Below are positions 45,292 through 56,236 of a stretch of 64,000 nucleotides of DNA, one piece after another. The first letter of the stretch is position 1, and each line of letters starts with the position of its first letter. The notes under the pieces were generated by a model that was not told the origin of the DNA, did not search any database, and worked only from the letters and a program-made list of their open reading frames with translations. The DNA is from Desulfitobacteriaceae bacterium (GTDB taxonomy: Bacteria; Bacillota; Desulfitobacteriia; Desulfitobacteriales; Desulfitobacteriaceae): NCBI GenBank assembly GCA_028704155.1, contig JAQVLN010000001.1:23-64022 (forward strand), read 5' to 3'. The position numbers and the translations under genes were made by a program.

Positions 45292-45295
45292 ATGA

Positions 45296-45385
45296 TGGCG
45301 GAGAGTTAGGGATTTGAACCCTAGGTACACTTACGTGCACACTGGTTTTCGAGACCAGCTCCTTAAGCCACTCGGACAACTCTCC
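45296..45385 (-). tRNA. tRNA-Ser (anticodon CGA)
   Basis: GGAGAGT...ACTCTCC acceptor stem with encoded CCA, anticodon loop CTCGAAA, long class II variable arm, GGTTCAAATCC T-arm. Confidence 0.9.
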
Positions 45386-45434
45386 GAATTATAAACTTAT
45401 TTGAGTACCTCTACTATAAAATACGCTGATATAA

Positions 45435-45881
45435 TCAGCGCAATCTAACAAAAAAATCTTTGATTATTTGAATACAATCTTTTTCCAATATACCTGCAAT
45501 TACCTCAACCCGATGATTCCACTTGTTTACATCAAGTACATTTATCACCGATCCGGCCGCCCCACCCTTAGGATCAGAAGCCCCGAAAACCAGTCTCTTA
45601 AGCCGCGATTGAATCATGGCACCGGCACACATCGGACATGGTTCAAGTGTAACATATAAAGTTGCCTCAGCTAAGCGCCAAGTACCCAGTTTTTGTGTTG
45701 CTTTTTGTATAGCTAAAATTTCGGCATGAGCAGTAGGATCTTGCCTCTGTTCTTTTTCATTATATGCAAAAGCAATTGCCTTATTATTATAAACAACAAC
45801 AGCTCCAATTGGCACTTCGTCTTGAGCAAAGGCAATCTGAGCTTGTTCCAATGCTAGTCTCATCCAATCCTGATGAAGCAT
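45435..45881 (-). CDS. tadA: tRNA-specific adenosine deaminase
   Basis: 148 aa; HAEILAI and LEPCPMCAGA zinc motifs; EVPIGAV.V. Confidence 0.93.
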   Translation of the reverse strand: MLHQDWMRLALEQAQIAFAQDEVPIGAVVVYNNKAIAFAYNEKEQRQDPTAHAEILAIQKATQKLGTWRLAEATLYVTLEPCPMCAGAMIQSRLKRLVFGASDPKGGAAGSVINVLDVNKWNHRVEVIAGILEKDCIQIIKDFFVRLR

Positions 45882-45895
45882 ATTACCCTCATAAA

Positions 45896-45975
45896 TGGTG
45901 GCCCCGGGAGGACTCGAACCCCCGCAATGACAGGGTTTAGGAAACCCCCGCTCTATCCACCTGAGCTACGAGGCC
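45896..45975 (-). tRNA. tRNA-Arg (anticodon CCT)
   Basis: GGCCTCG...CGGGGCC acceptor stem, encoded CCA, anticodon loop TTCCTAA, GGTTCGAGTCC T-arm. By my hand fold the variable region is about 8 nt. Confidence 0.85.
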
Positions 45976-45984
45976 GATAAATAA

Positions 45985-46073
45985 TGGCGGAGGGGGTGGG
46001 ATTCGAACCCACGGCCCCTTTCGGAGTCACTGGTTTTCAAGACCAGCTCCTTAAACCGCTCGGACACCCCTCC
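45985..46073 (-). tRNA. tRNA-Ser (anticodon TGA)
   Basis: GGAGGGG...CCCCTCC acceptor stem, encoded CCA, anticodon loop CTTGAAA, long variable arm, GGTTCGAATCC T-arm. Confidence 0.9.
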
Positions 46074-46192
46074 ACTTTAAATATATCAAGAGACCGAGGA
46101 ATAGTATATCATAATTTTATTTTTATAACAACTTTGTTAATTTGAAAACATGATTATATTATTTGGTAATAGTTATTTTTAATAATAATTAT

Positions 46193-47458
46193 TTAACCAA
46201 TGTACTCAACGCCCATATAAGGCTGTAAAGCTTTAGGAATTCTAATCCTGCCGTCACTTTCCTGATAATTTTCCATAATGGCAGCAACCGTACGGCCAAC
46301 GGCTATGCCGCTACCGTTTAAAGTATGAACATATTCCGGCTTGCCTTTAAGTTCGCGACGAAAACGAATATTAGCCCTTCTGGCCTGGAAATCTTCAAAA
46401 TTACTGCAAGATGAAATCTCCCGGTAAATATTAACACTCGGCAACCAGACTTCTAAATCATAAGTTTTTGAGGAAGAGAAACCCAAATCCCCTGTGGAAA
46501 GACATACAACCCGATAGGGTAATTCCAAATCCCGGAGAATAGTTTCTGCGTCCCTGGTCAAACTTTCCAGCTCATCATAGGAATTTTCGGGCATACAAAA
46601 CTTAACCAGTTCAACTTTATTAAACTGATGCTGCCGTATTAAACCACGAGTATCCCGTCCTGCCGAACCCGCTTCTGAACGGAAGCAAGCGCTGTATGCA
46701 CAGTGATGAATTGGCAAACCCTGAGCATCAAGAATTTCTTCCCTGTACAGATTGGTAACAGGGACCTCGGCTGTAGGAATCAGAAAATATTCTGTGCCGG
46801 CCACTTTAAATGCATCTTCCTCAAATTTAGGAAGCTGCCCGGTACCTATCATAGAATTGCGGTGTACCATATAAGGCGGCAGAATTTCAACATATCCCTT
46901 GGCAGTATGCCTGTCTATCATAAAAGAAATCAAAGATCTCTCCAGTTTAGCCCCTAAACCTTTATAAAAAGTAAATCTGGCACCAGTTACCTTACCAGCC
47001 CTGGCAAAATCCAAAATTTCCAATTTTTCCCCAAGATCATAATGTGCCTGGGGCTTAAAACTAAATTCTCTGGGTGTACCCCAATTCCGGATTTCAACAT
47101 TAGCAGATTCATCAGTTCCTACAGGAACTGATGAATGTGGGATATTGGGTATATCATACAGAACAGCTTGAATCTTATTTTCGATAACAGTTAGTTTTTC
47201 CTCGAGATTTTTTATCGCCTGACCCACTTCACGCATTTGGATAATCAAACTTTCTGTATTTTCCCTTTTCTTCTTTCGTTGGCCAACCTCTTCAGAAACA
47301 GCATTTCGTTGAGCTTTTAGATTTTCCACTTCAAAAAGCACCTTTCGACGTTCCTCTTCCTGAAGCAATAAATCATCTAAATTGACAGAAGCCTGACGTT
47401 TTTCCAAAGCTTCTTTAACAACATCAGGATTGTTACGGACATACTTTAAATCCAACAC
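46193..47458 (-). CDS. serS: serine--tRNA ligase
   Basis: 421 aa; MLDLK..R.N N-terminus with coiled-coil arm; class II motifs ([30 protein letters not shown]). Confidence 0.96.
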   Translation of the reverse strand: MLDLKYVRNNPDVVKEALEKRQASVNLDDLLLQEEERRKVLFEVENLKAQRNAVSEEVGQRKKKRENTESLIIQMREVGQAIKNLEEKLTVIENKIQAVLYDIPNIPHSSVPVGTDESANVEIRNWGTPREFSFKPQAHYDLGEKLEILDFARAGKVTGARFTFYKGLGAKLERSLISFMIDRHTAKGYVEILPPYMVHRNSMIGTGQLPKFEEDAFKVAGTEYFLIPTAEVPVTNLYREEILDAQGLPIHHCAYSACFRSEAGSAGRDTRGLIRQHQFNKVELVKFCMPENSYDELESLTRDAETILRDLELPYRVVCLSTGDLGFSSSKTYDLEVWLPSVNIYREISSCSNFEDFQARRANIRFRRELKGKPEYVHTLNGSGIAVGRTVAAIMENYQESDGRIRIPKALQPYMGVEYIG

Positions 47459-47495
47459 AACGAAAACCCCCTAACCATAACCTTTCACAAAACAG

Positions 47496-48083
47496 TTAAT
47501 TACCCCAATTTTCCTCGACTATTTTCAAAAAATATCTATGCACCCGAAGATCTTCCGTGAGTTCGGGATGAAAAGCACTTGCCAACATATTTCCCTGTCT
47601 GACAAAAACTATCTTGCCATCGTATTCAGCCAGAATTCCTACGTTAGGCGCAATCTCTTGAATAAAAGGAGCCCTGATAAATACAGCCCGAACAGATTGT
47701 GAACCAAGTGTCGGCACATTCAGGTCCGCCTCAAAACTGGCAATTTGACGTCCAAAGGCATTACGTTTTGCAGTCATATCCATCAGACCCAAGTTATATT
47801 GAGTACTGTTTTCTATGCGTTTGCTAAGCAAAATCATTCCTGAACAAGTTCCGAAAATAGGTAAATTATCTATGGCTTTCTCCTTTATTTTTTCACCTAA
47901 ATCGCCAAATTGCAGAAGTTTACCTATAGCTGTACTTTCCCCGCCAGGTATGATTAAACCATGGATACCGTCCAGATCAGAGCTTTTACGGATTTCAGTT
48001 ACTTCACAGCCCAATTGTTCTAAAATCAAGCGATGTTCTCTGAATGCTCCTTGCAAAGCCAGAACACCAATACGCTTTTTCAT
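47496..48083 (-). CDS. pdxT: pyridoxal 5'-phosphate synthase glutaminase subunit
   Basis: 195 aa; IGVLALQGAF.EH; catalytic Cys in GTCSGMILL; FHPELT. Confidence 0.93.
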   Translation of the reverse strand: MKKRIGVLALQGAFREHRLILEQLGCEVTEIRKSSDLDGIHGLIIPGGESTAIGKLLQFGDLGEKIKEKAIDNLPIFGTCSGMILLSKRIENSTQYNLGLMDMTAKRNAFGRQIASFEADLNVPTLGSQSVRAVFIRAPFIQEIAPNVGILAEYDGKIVFVRQGNMLASAFHPELTEDLRVHRYFLKIVEENWGN

Positions 48084-48085
48084 AA

Positions 48086-48970
48086 TTACCAGCCTCGTTC
48101 TTGCATCCGTTCGCTAGCAGCCAATGTAGATATTTCTATTCCTGACATAGCTTCCCCTAAATCCTTGGATATTTCAGCTAAAACCTTTGCGTCATTGTAA
48201 TTTGTAGTAGCTATAACAATCGCTTTAGCCCGGGCTTGTGGATCTCCGGATTTAAAAATCCCTGAACCTACAAAAACTCCGTCAACACCCAATTGCATCA
48301 TTAAAGCAGCATCGGCAGGGGTAGCTATTCCCCCGGCTGCAAAATTAACAACTGGTAATTTCCCATGTTCAGCTACATAAAAAACCAAATCATAAGGCGC
48401 TCCCATATTTTTAGCTGCAGTCATTAATTCCTCTTGGGGCATTGCTGACAACTGCCGGATTTCACTCATAACTGTCCGCATATGCCTTACAGCTTCAACA
48501 ACATTGCCTGTTCCCGGCTCACCTTTTGTCCGGATCATAGCTGCCCCTTCACCAATACGGCGCAACGCTTCTCCTAAATTTCGGCAGCCACAAACGAAAG
48601 GAACTTTAAAATCATGTTTATTAATGTGATACAGGTCATCAGCCGGAGTTAAAACCTCACTCTCATCTATATAATCAGCACCCAAAGACTCTAAAATCTG
48701 AGCTTCAACAAAATGCCCGATTCTGGCCTTTGCCATGACAGGAATGGTCACAGATTCCATAATCTCCTCAATAATTGTCGGATCAGCCATCCGGGCAACC
48801 CCACCGGCAGCCCTTATATCTGAAGGTACGCGTTCCAGGGCCATAACAGCGCAAGCTCCTGCTTCTTCAGCTATTTTAGCTTGTTCAGCTGTCGTTACAT
48901 CCATAATAACTCCACCTTTAAGCATTTCAGCTAATCCTGTTTTGACTTTCCAAGATGCTATTTCAACCAT
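48086..48970 (-). CDS. pdxS: pyridoxal 5'-phosphate synthase lyase subunit
   Basis: 294 aa; [13 protein letters not shown]...[24 protein letters not shown].... Confidence 0.96.
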   Translation of the reverse strand: MVEIASWKVKTGLAEMLKGGVIMDVTTAEQAKIAEEAGACAVMALERVPSDIRAAGGVARMADPTIIEEIMESVTIPVMAKARIGHFVEAQILESLGADYIDESEVLTPADDLYHINKHDFKVPFVCGCRNLGEALRRIGEGAAMIRTKGEPGTGNVVEAVRHMRTVMSEIRQLSAMPQEELMTAAKNMGAPYDLVFYVAEHGKLPVVNFAAGGIATPADAALMMQLGVDGVFVGSGIFKSGDPQARAKAIVIATTNYNDAKVLAEISKDLGEAMSGIEISTLAASERMQERGW

Positions 48971-49035
48971 TATTGCTCCTCCTCAAGACTTAAATATCTT
49001 ATGAATGGTAACACCAAAGTCCACACTTTGTCAAT

Positions 49036-51513
49036 TTAGGATTTCTTATCTTCATTTTCTTCTTCAATTTCATCTTTAACAACTACCTTGGCAAGAGCTA
49101 CAACCCTGGTTTCTTCGGCAATACGCATTGCCATTACACCTTGGGCTGAACGGCTTTGTCTGGAAATTCCGGCAACCTCCTGGCGAATAATAATCCCGTC
49201 CGCAGTGATTATCATAAGCTGGTCTTCAGGTTGAACTACCTTAATACCTACCAAGGGTCCGGTTTTATTATTAATCTTCATGGCAATGATTCCCTTGCCG
49301 GCACGCCGCTGGACACGATATTCTTCCAAACCGGTACGTTTGGCAATACCATTTTCACTGATTGTGAGTAATTCAGCGCCATCATCTCTGATAACTTCCA
49401 TCCCCACAACAACATCATTAACGGAAAGATTTATACCTTTGACGCCCCTTGTTACTCTGCCCATTTTACGAACATCAGACTCAAGAAAACGAATCGCTAA
49501 GCCGCGTTGAGTCACCATAATGACATCATCTTCACCTTTGGTTAAACGAACACCTATCAGCTCATCACCATCATCCAGAGATAAAGCAATAAGTCCATCC
49601 TTACGGGAGGAATCGTATTCCTGTAAAGCAGTTTTTTTAACTATACCTTTTTTGGTAGCCGTAAAGAGATAATTGTCCTTAACATATTCCTTAATGGCCA
49701 TAATAGCAGTAATTTTTTCATCTGCATCCTGGTCGAGATTTAAAAGGTTAACAATTGCAGTACCTTTTGCCGTTCGACCAGCTTCCGGAATCTCGTGGGC
49801 TTTGAGGCGAATCACCTTACCCCTGGAAGTAAAGAAAAGAATATAGTTATGAGTAGTAGTTATAAACAAGTGTTCAAGGAAATCCTCTTCTTTGGTAGCC
49901 ATACCATGAACACCCTTGCCACCTCGTTTCTGACTGCGATAAGTATTTAAAGGCAACCGTTTGATATAACCGTTATGGGTTACAGTTATAACAACATCTT
50001 CCTCAGCAATCAGGTCCTCAATTTCCATCTTGCTCTCGTCAATAGTAATCTGGCTACGCCGGGGATCCCCAAATTTTTGATTGATTTCCTGTAACTCGGT
50101 TTTAATAATAGTCTCTACCATTTTCTCAGATGCTAAAACAGCTTTCAAGTAAGCAATAGTTTGCAGCAATTCCTGATACTGATTCTCCAATTTCTCTCTT
50201 TCCAGACCTGTTAAACGTTGTAATCTCATATCCAGAATCGCCTGGGCTTGTTTCTCGCTTAATCCAAAACGGCTTTTCAAATTTTCCCTTGCCATATCTG
50301 TTGTCTGGGATGAGCGGATAGTTGTTATAACTTCGTCTATATGATCAAGTGCTATTCTCAAACCTTCCAAGATATGTGCTTCTGCCTCTGCTTTAGTGAG
50401 TTCAAAACGTGTGCGCCGTACTATCACATCTTTTTGGTGCTCAATAAAATGATAAAGTATTTGCTTTAGATTTAATACCTTCGGCACCCCATCAACCAAA
50501 GCCAGAAGATTAATCCCAAAAGAATCTTCCATTTGGGTGTGTTTATAGAGTTGGTTGAGAATTACTTGCGGATTAACATCACGGCGAAGTTCTATTACGA
50601 TCCTCATTCCGGTACGGTCAGATTCGTCACGGAGGTCTGTGATCCCGTCGATTTTTTTTTCCCGAACAAGATCAGCTATTTTTTCAACTAACTTGGCTTT
50701 ATTGACATTAAACGGTATTTCGGTAACCAAAATACGGCTTTTCCCGGATTTTTTTATATGTTCAATATAGGCCTTAGCCCTGGTTTTTACGCTTCCTTTA
50801 CCGTTGGAATAAGCACTAATGATTCCTTCTTTGCCCATAATTAATCCACCTGTGGGGAAATCCGGGCCTTGAATATATTTCATTAAATCACTAAGATCCA
50901 ATTCCGGATTATCAATTAAAGCTATTGTTCCCTGGATTACTTCAGACATATTGTGAGGTGGAATATTAGTAGCCATTCCAACAGCAATTCCCGCCGAACC
51001 ATTAACCAGAAGATTAGGGAATTTGGCCGGCAAAACTCTGGGTTCATCCTGTTTCTCATCATAATTCGGAGTAAATTCAACGGTATTTTTCTCCAAATCA
51101 GCCAACATGTAGGTTGTCAATTTGGCCATCCGTAATTCTGTATAACGCATTGCTGCAGCAGAATCACCATCAATTGAGCCAAAATTACCATGTCCGTCAA
51201 TCAAGGGATAACGGCTGGAGAAATCCTGTGCCATTCTTACCACAGCATCATAAATTGAACTGTCTCCATGAGGATGAAACTTGGCCATACAATCCCCGAC
51301 CAAACGGGCTGATTTACTGTAAGGTTTATTAGGTGTCATGCCCAGTTCATGAAGTGTATAAAGAATCCTTCTGTGAACAGGTTTTAGTCCATCCCGAACA
51401 TCAGGTAAAGCACGGCTGACTATTACACTCATTGAATACTCAATAAATGACTTTTTCATTTCATCAGAAATTTCTATAGGAAGGACCTTACCACCCTCAA
51501 GTTCTAACGACAC
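49036..51513 (-). CDS. gyrA: DNA gyrase subunit A
   Basis: 825 aa; [23 protein letters not shown]; catalytic Tyr context AAMRYTE; QRDR-like [11 protein letters not shown]; acidic C-terminal tail. Confidence 0.97.
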   Translation of the reverse strand: MSLELEGGKVLPIEISDEMKKSFIEYSMSVIVSRALPDVRDGLKPVHRRILYTLHELGMTPNKPYSKSARLVGDCMAKFHPHGDSSIYDAVVRMAQDFSSRYPLIDGHGNFGSIDGDSAAAMRYTELRMAKLTTYMLADLEKNTVEFTPNYDEKQDEPRVLPAKFPNLLVNGSAGIAVGMATNIPPHNMSEVIQGTIALIDNPELDLSDLMKYIQGPDFPTGGLIMGKEGIISAYSNGKGSVKTRAKAYIEHIKKSGKSRILVTEIPFNVNKAKLVEKIADLVREKKIDGITDLRDESDRTGMRIVIELRRDVNPQVILNQLYKHTQMEDSFGINLLALVDGVPKVLNLKQILYHFIEHQKDVIVRRTRFELTKAEAEAHILEGLRIALDHIDEVITTIRSSQTTDMARENLKSRFGLSEKQAQAILDMRLQRLTGLEREKLENQYQELLQTIAYLKAVLASEKMVETIIKTELQEINQKFGDPRRSQITIDESKMEIEDLIAEEDVVITVTHNGYIKRLPLNTYRSQKRGGKGVHGMATKEEDFLEHLFITTTHNYILFFTSRGKVIRLKAHEIPEAGRTAKGTAIVNLLNLDQDADEKITAIMAIKEYVKDNYLFTATKKGIVKKTALQEYDSSRKDGLIALSLDDGDELIGVRLTKGEDDVIMVTQRGLAIRFLESDVRKMGRVTRGVKGINLSVNDVVVGMEVIRDDGAELLTISENGIAKRTGLEEYRVQRRAGKGIIAMKINNKTGPLVGIKVVQPEDQLMIITADGIIIRQEVAGISRQSRSAQGVMAMRIAEETRVVALAKVVVKDEIEEENEDKKS

Positions 51514-51528
51514 GAATGAGCAACTCCT

Positions 51529-53520
<1,992 letters not shown>

Positions 53521-53583
53521 TTACAATTCATAGACAAATATACAAATCTAAAGATTTTGAAAATAGCATTTTAAAAAATTAAT

Positions 53584-53832
53584 TTAATCTTCCTTATTTA
53601 TAGAACGTTTTAATAAAGTTATTGAAGATATTGGTGAAAAAAAACACCTATCAGTAGTGATAATAATCGATTTTTCTTTCCCTTTTGGGGAAACATATTT
53701 TGTATTATTGGTTTTATTAATATTTCTCAGAAATTTCTGTGTTGTTAATTTTAAAGATGAAGTTTCCAAGTTTAGAATACAAATAATTTTATTTTTATTA
53801 ATAAGTATATCACTGCCCAAGTGTAAAAACAT
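53584..53832 (-). CDS. remB: DUF370 protein (RemB/YaaB-like)
   Basis: 82 aa; MFLHLGSD..I....I..I pattern and the conserved recF-gyrB slot. Its start shares one base with the recF stop (TAATG). Confidence 0.7.
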   Translation of the reverse strand: MFLHLGSDILINKNKIICILNLETSSLKLTTQKFLRNINKTNNTKYVSPKGKEKSIIITTDRCFFSPISSITLLKRSINKED

Positions 53833-54926
53833 TAATATACCCTCCTTATCTGCCCCTGATGCACTTTAAACTTTGAATTAGCCTTAACCTGAGGTTCATC
53901 GGCACTGGATAAAGTCATTAAAGTTTGAATTGAAGAAAGATTAATAAATTCTACCAAATATTCTCTCCTAAAACTATCAAGTTCAGACAAAACATCATCA
54001 AGCAACAAAAGGGGGTATTCTCCCTTCTCTTCCTTCATAATTTCCAATTCTGCCAATTTTAAACTTAAAACTAAGGAACGCTGTTGTCCTTGTGAAGCAT
54101 AATTTCTGGCTAACTTATTATCAAGAGAAATTCGCAAATCATCTCTATGAGGACCTACTAAAATTATTTGTCGGTCAATTTCAGACATAATTTTATCTTC
54201 CAATAACTCAGAAAATTTAGAAATTGATTTTTCTAATTCTTCCTGCCCCATTGAAACGTAGCCTATATTCATTTTTTCCTTTTGATTAGAAAGCATTTCG
54301 TAAATATTATAAGAAATATTATTTAAGCGGTTTATTATTTCCGAACGGTTCATAATAATTTTTTTGCCGATTATAAATAACTGCTCATTCCAGAGACGTA
54401 ATTGCTCAATTTTTAAAGATACTGAAACATTTGTTTTTAACAGGGCTGCTTTCTGATGAATAATTTTATTATAAGTGTTTATTAAACCAATGTAACTGGG
54501 TCGTCTCTGTGCTATATGAAAATCGAGGAATCTTCGTCTTTCCGAAGGTCCGCCTTTAATCATAAATAAGTCATCAGGTGAAAAATAAACTACATTAATT
54601 GTTCCAACATAGTCAGAAAGCTTTCTACAAGCTACCTGATTAATCTTGATGATTTTTCGTTTATTTAAATAATGACTTTCTAAAAAAATAGGCCGCTGAG
54701 CGACATTGAATTCACCATAAATATGAAAATTTGTTTGCCCCCAACGTATAAGTTCCTGATCACGTTGAACCCTATAAGATTTACCTGTTAATAAATAATA
54801 GATTGCTTCTAATACATTGGTTTTACCTTGGCCGTTTAAACCAAAAAAAACATTAATTCCAGTTGTTAGAAGAATTAGTTCCTTTTCATAATTTCGGAAG
54901 TTTTCCAAGCGTAATTTGTTAATCAT
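53832..54926 (-). CDS. recF: DNA replication and repair protein RecF
   Basis: 364 aa; L.L.NFRNY; Walker A GLNGQGKTN; signature ASQGQQRSLVLSLKLAE; Walker B LLLLDDV.SELD. Confidence 0.95.
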   Translation of the reverse strand: MINKLRLENFRNYEKELILLTTGINVFFGLNGQGKTNVLEAIYYLLTGKSYRVQRDQELIRWGQTNFHIYGEFNVAQRPIFLESHYLNKRKIIKINQVACRKLSDYVGTINVVYFSPDDLFMIKGGPSERRRFLDFHIAQRRPSYIGLINTYNKIIHQKAALLKTNVSVSLKIEQLRLWNEQLFIIGKKIIMNRSEIINRLNNISYNIYEMLSNQKEKMNIGYVSMGQEELEKSISKFSELLEDKIMSEIDRQIILVGPHRDDLRISLDNKLARNYASQGQQRSLVLSLKLAELEIMKEEKGEYPLLLLDDVLSELDSFRREYLVEFINLSSIQTLMTLSSADEPQVKANSKFKVHQGQIRRVY

Positions 54927-54931
54927 ATCTT

Positions 54932-56035
54932 TTAGGTTGCACGGACAGGAAGCAGCAGATATAAATAGTTTGAGTCATTTAAGGGTCTGATAATTCCAGG
55001 ACTAAAAGAACCGGAAAACTCCATTACAATATCTTCACAATCTATAATTTTAAGAACATCAATCAGGAATTTGGCGTTAAAAGAAATAAGAGTATCTTTA
55101 CCTTCCATTTTAATATCAAGTTTTTCATTAATTTTTCCAATTTCCGTTACTTTATTTATTTTTAAAATTCTATTACTTATGGCTAATCTGATTATATTTG
55201 CGTAACTATTATCTCTGGCAATTAATGCTGCTCTTTCAACTGAATCCAAAAGGCTGTCAACCGATACATAAATTTTAGTATCACAAGACTTGGGAATTAC
55301 TTGATTATAATTTGGAAATTGACCGTCAATAAGCCTGGATATCATATTAATTGAACCAAATTGGAAAGAAATCTGAGAATCACTGAAATTAATATTTACG
55401 AATTCATCTTCATCACGAATAAGTTTATAAATCTCAGACAAAGTCTTCGAAGGTATTAAACCGTTGAATTGCAATTCATCCTGATTAGGTATCTCCGCAA
55501 TCCGGTAAGCTAAACGATGGGTATCTGTACCAACCATTTTAATAGTATGCCCATCAATATTTAAAAGGACCCCGGTAAATATGGGCCTGGTTTCTTCAGT
55601 GGCACAAGCAAATGCAGTTTGCCTGATCATATTTTTTAATAAAGCAGTTGGCAGAGTAAAAAATCGAGCATCATCGAGGTCAGGTAACAATGGAAATTCC
55701 TGTGGATCATAATTTTTAAGACTGATCTCTGCTTGAAAATATTTAATGATTAGAACATCATCATTTAAGTCAAGTGAAATTATTGTATCAGGTAATTTTC
55801 TTACAATTTCTGAAAAAAGTTTTGCCGGTACTACTGTAGATCCTTCCTCGGTTATTTCGGCAGCAACTTCACAACGAATACCAATTTCCAGATCAGTGGC
55901 ACAAAATGTAAGTGTCTGTTTCTCTGCTTTAAGTAGAATTCCTTGAAGGACAGGCAGAGTACTTTTATTAGAAACTGCACGTTGAACTGTATTGACCCCT
56001 GTTTGTAATATATCTTTTGAACACAAGATCTTCAT
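54932..56035 (-). CDS. dnaN: DNA polymerase III beta sliding clamp
   Basis: 367 aa; three-domain clamp pattern (...PVLQGILL...TDLE...ATDTHRLA...), C-terminal LLPVR. Confidence 0.95.
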   Translation of the reverse strand: MKILCSKDILQTGVNTVQRAVSNKSTLPVLQGILLKAEKQTLTFCATDLEIGIRCEVAAEITEEGSTVVPAKLFSEIVRKLPDTIISLDLNDDVLIIKYFQAEISLKNYDPQEFPLLPDLDDARFFTLPTALLKNMIRQTAFACATEETRPIFTGVLLNIDGHTIKMVGTDTHRLAYRIAEIPNQDELQFNGLIPSKTLSEIYKLIRDEDEFVNINFSDSQISFQFGSINMISRLIDGQFPNYNQVIPKSCDTKIYVSVDSLLDSVERAALIARDNSYANIIRLAISNRILKINKVTEIGKINEKLDIKMEGKDTLISFNAKFLIDVLKIIDCEDIVMEFSGSFSPGIIRPLNDSNYLYLLLPVRAT

Positions 56036-56059
56036 TTAAGGATCCTCCAAAAAAAAATC

Positions 56060-56133
56060 TTTAAAATTTATGTAATAATAATAATAAGATAAAATAGTCG
56101 TAGTATTAATATTGCCTGTTAACTTGTGGATAA
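56060..56133. other. oriC downstream module: DnaA box, candidate DnaA-trios, AT-rich unwinding element
   Basis: Perfect DnaA box (TTATCCACA in the dnaA-to-dnaN direction) at 56125-56133. An 11-nt spacer follows, then a NTA trinucleotide run at 56095-56112, then (TAA)5 at 56073-56087 within an almost pure A/T tract. Confidence 0.6.
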
Positions 56134-56236
56134 ACAGAAAACGGACGTATTCTACTGAAAAATTTGTTCTAAAAGTATGGGGGTAAGCATACAATAATAA
56201 TTCACATATCTTTATAAAAAGAGGATTTGAGTTATC

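Noticed and set aside
45096-45293. 65-aa minus-strand ORF, considered as a possible integrase/recombinase remnant next to the tRNA
   Set aside because: No recognisable recombinase motif and no RBS. The DNA is better explained by three hairpins, including the tRNA terminator. It is kept as a non-coding finding instead.
45100-45434. SRP (4.5S/scRNA) gene, expected after tadA by Bacillus synteny
   Set aside because: The conserved domain IV sequence (…GGUCCGGAAGGAAGCAGCC…) is not present on either strand here. The gene is presumably elsewhere.
56073-56087. (TAA)5 microsatellite as a phase-variation or slippage repeat
   Set aside because: It is intergenic, inside the AT-rich stretch next to a DnaA box, and affects no reading frame or promoter spacer that I can identify. 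I interpret it as part of the origin unwinding element.
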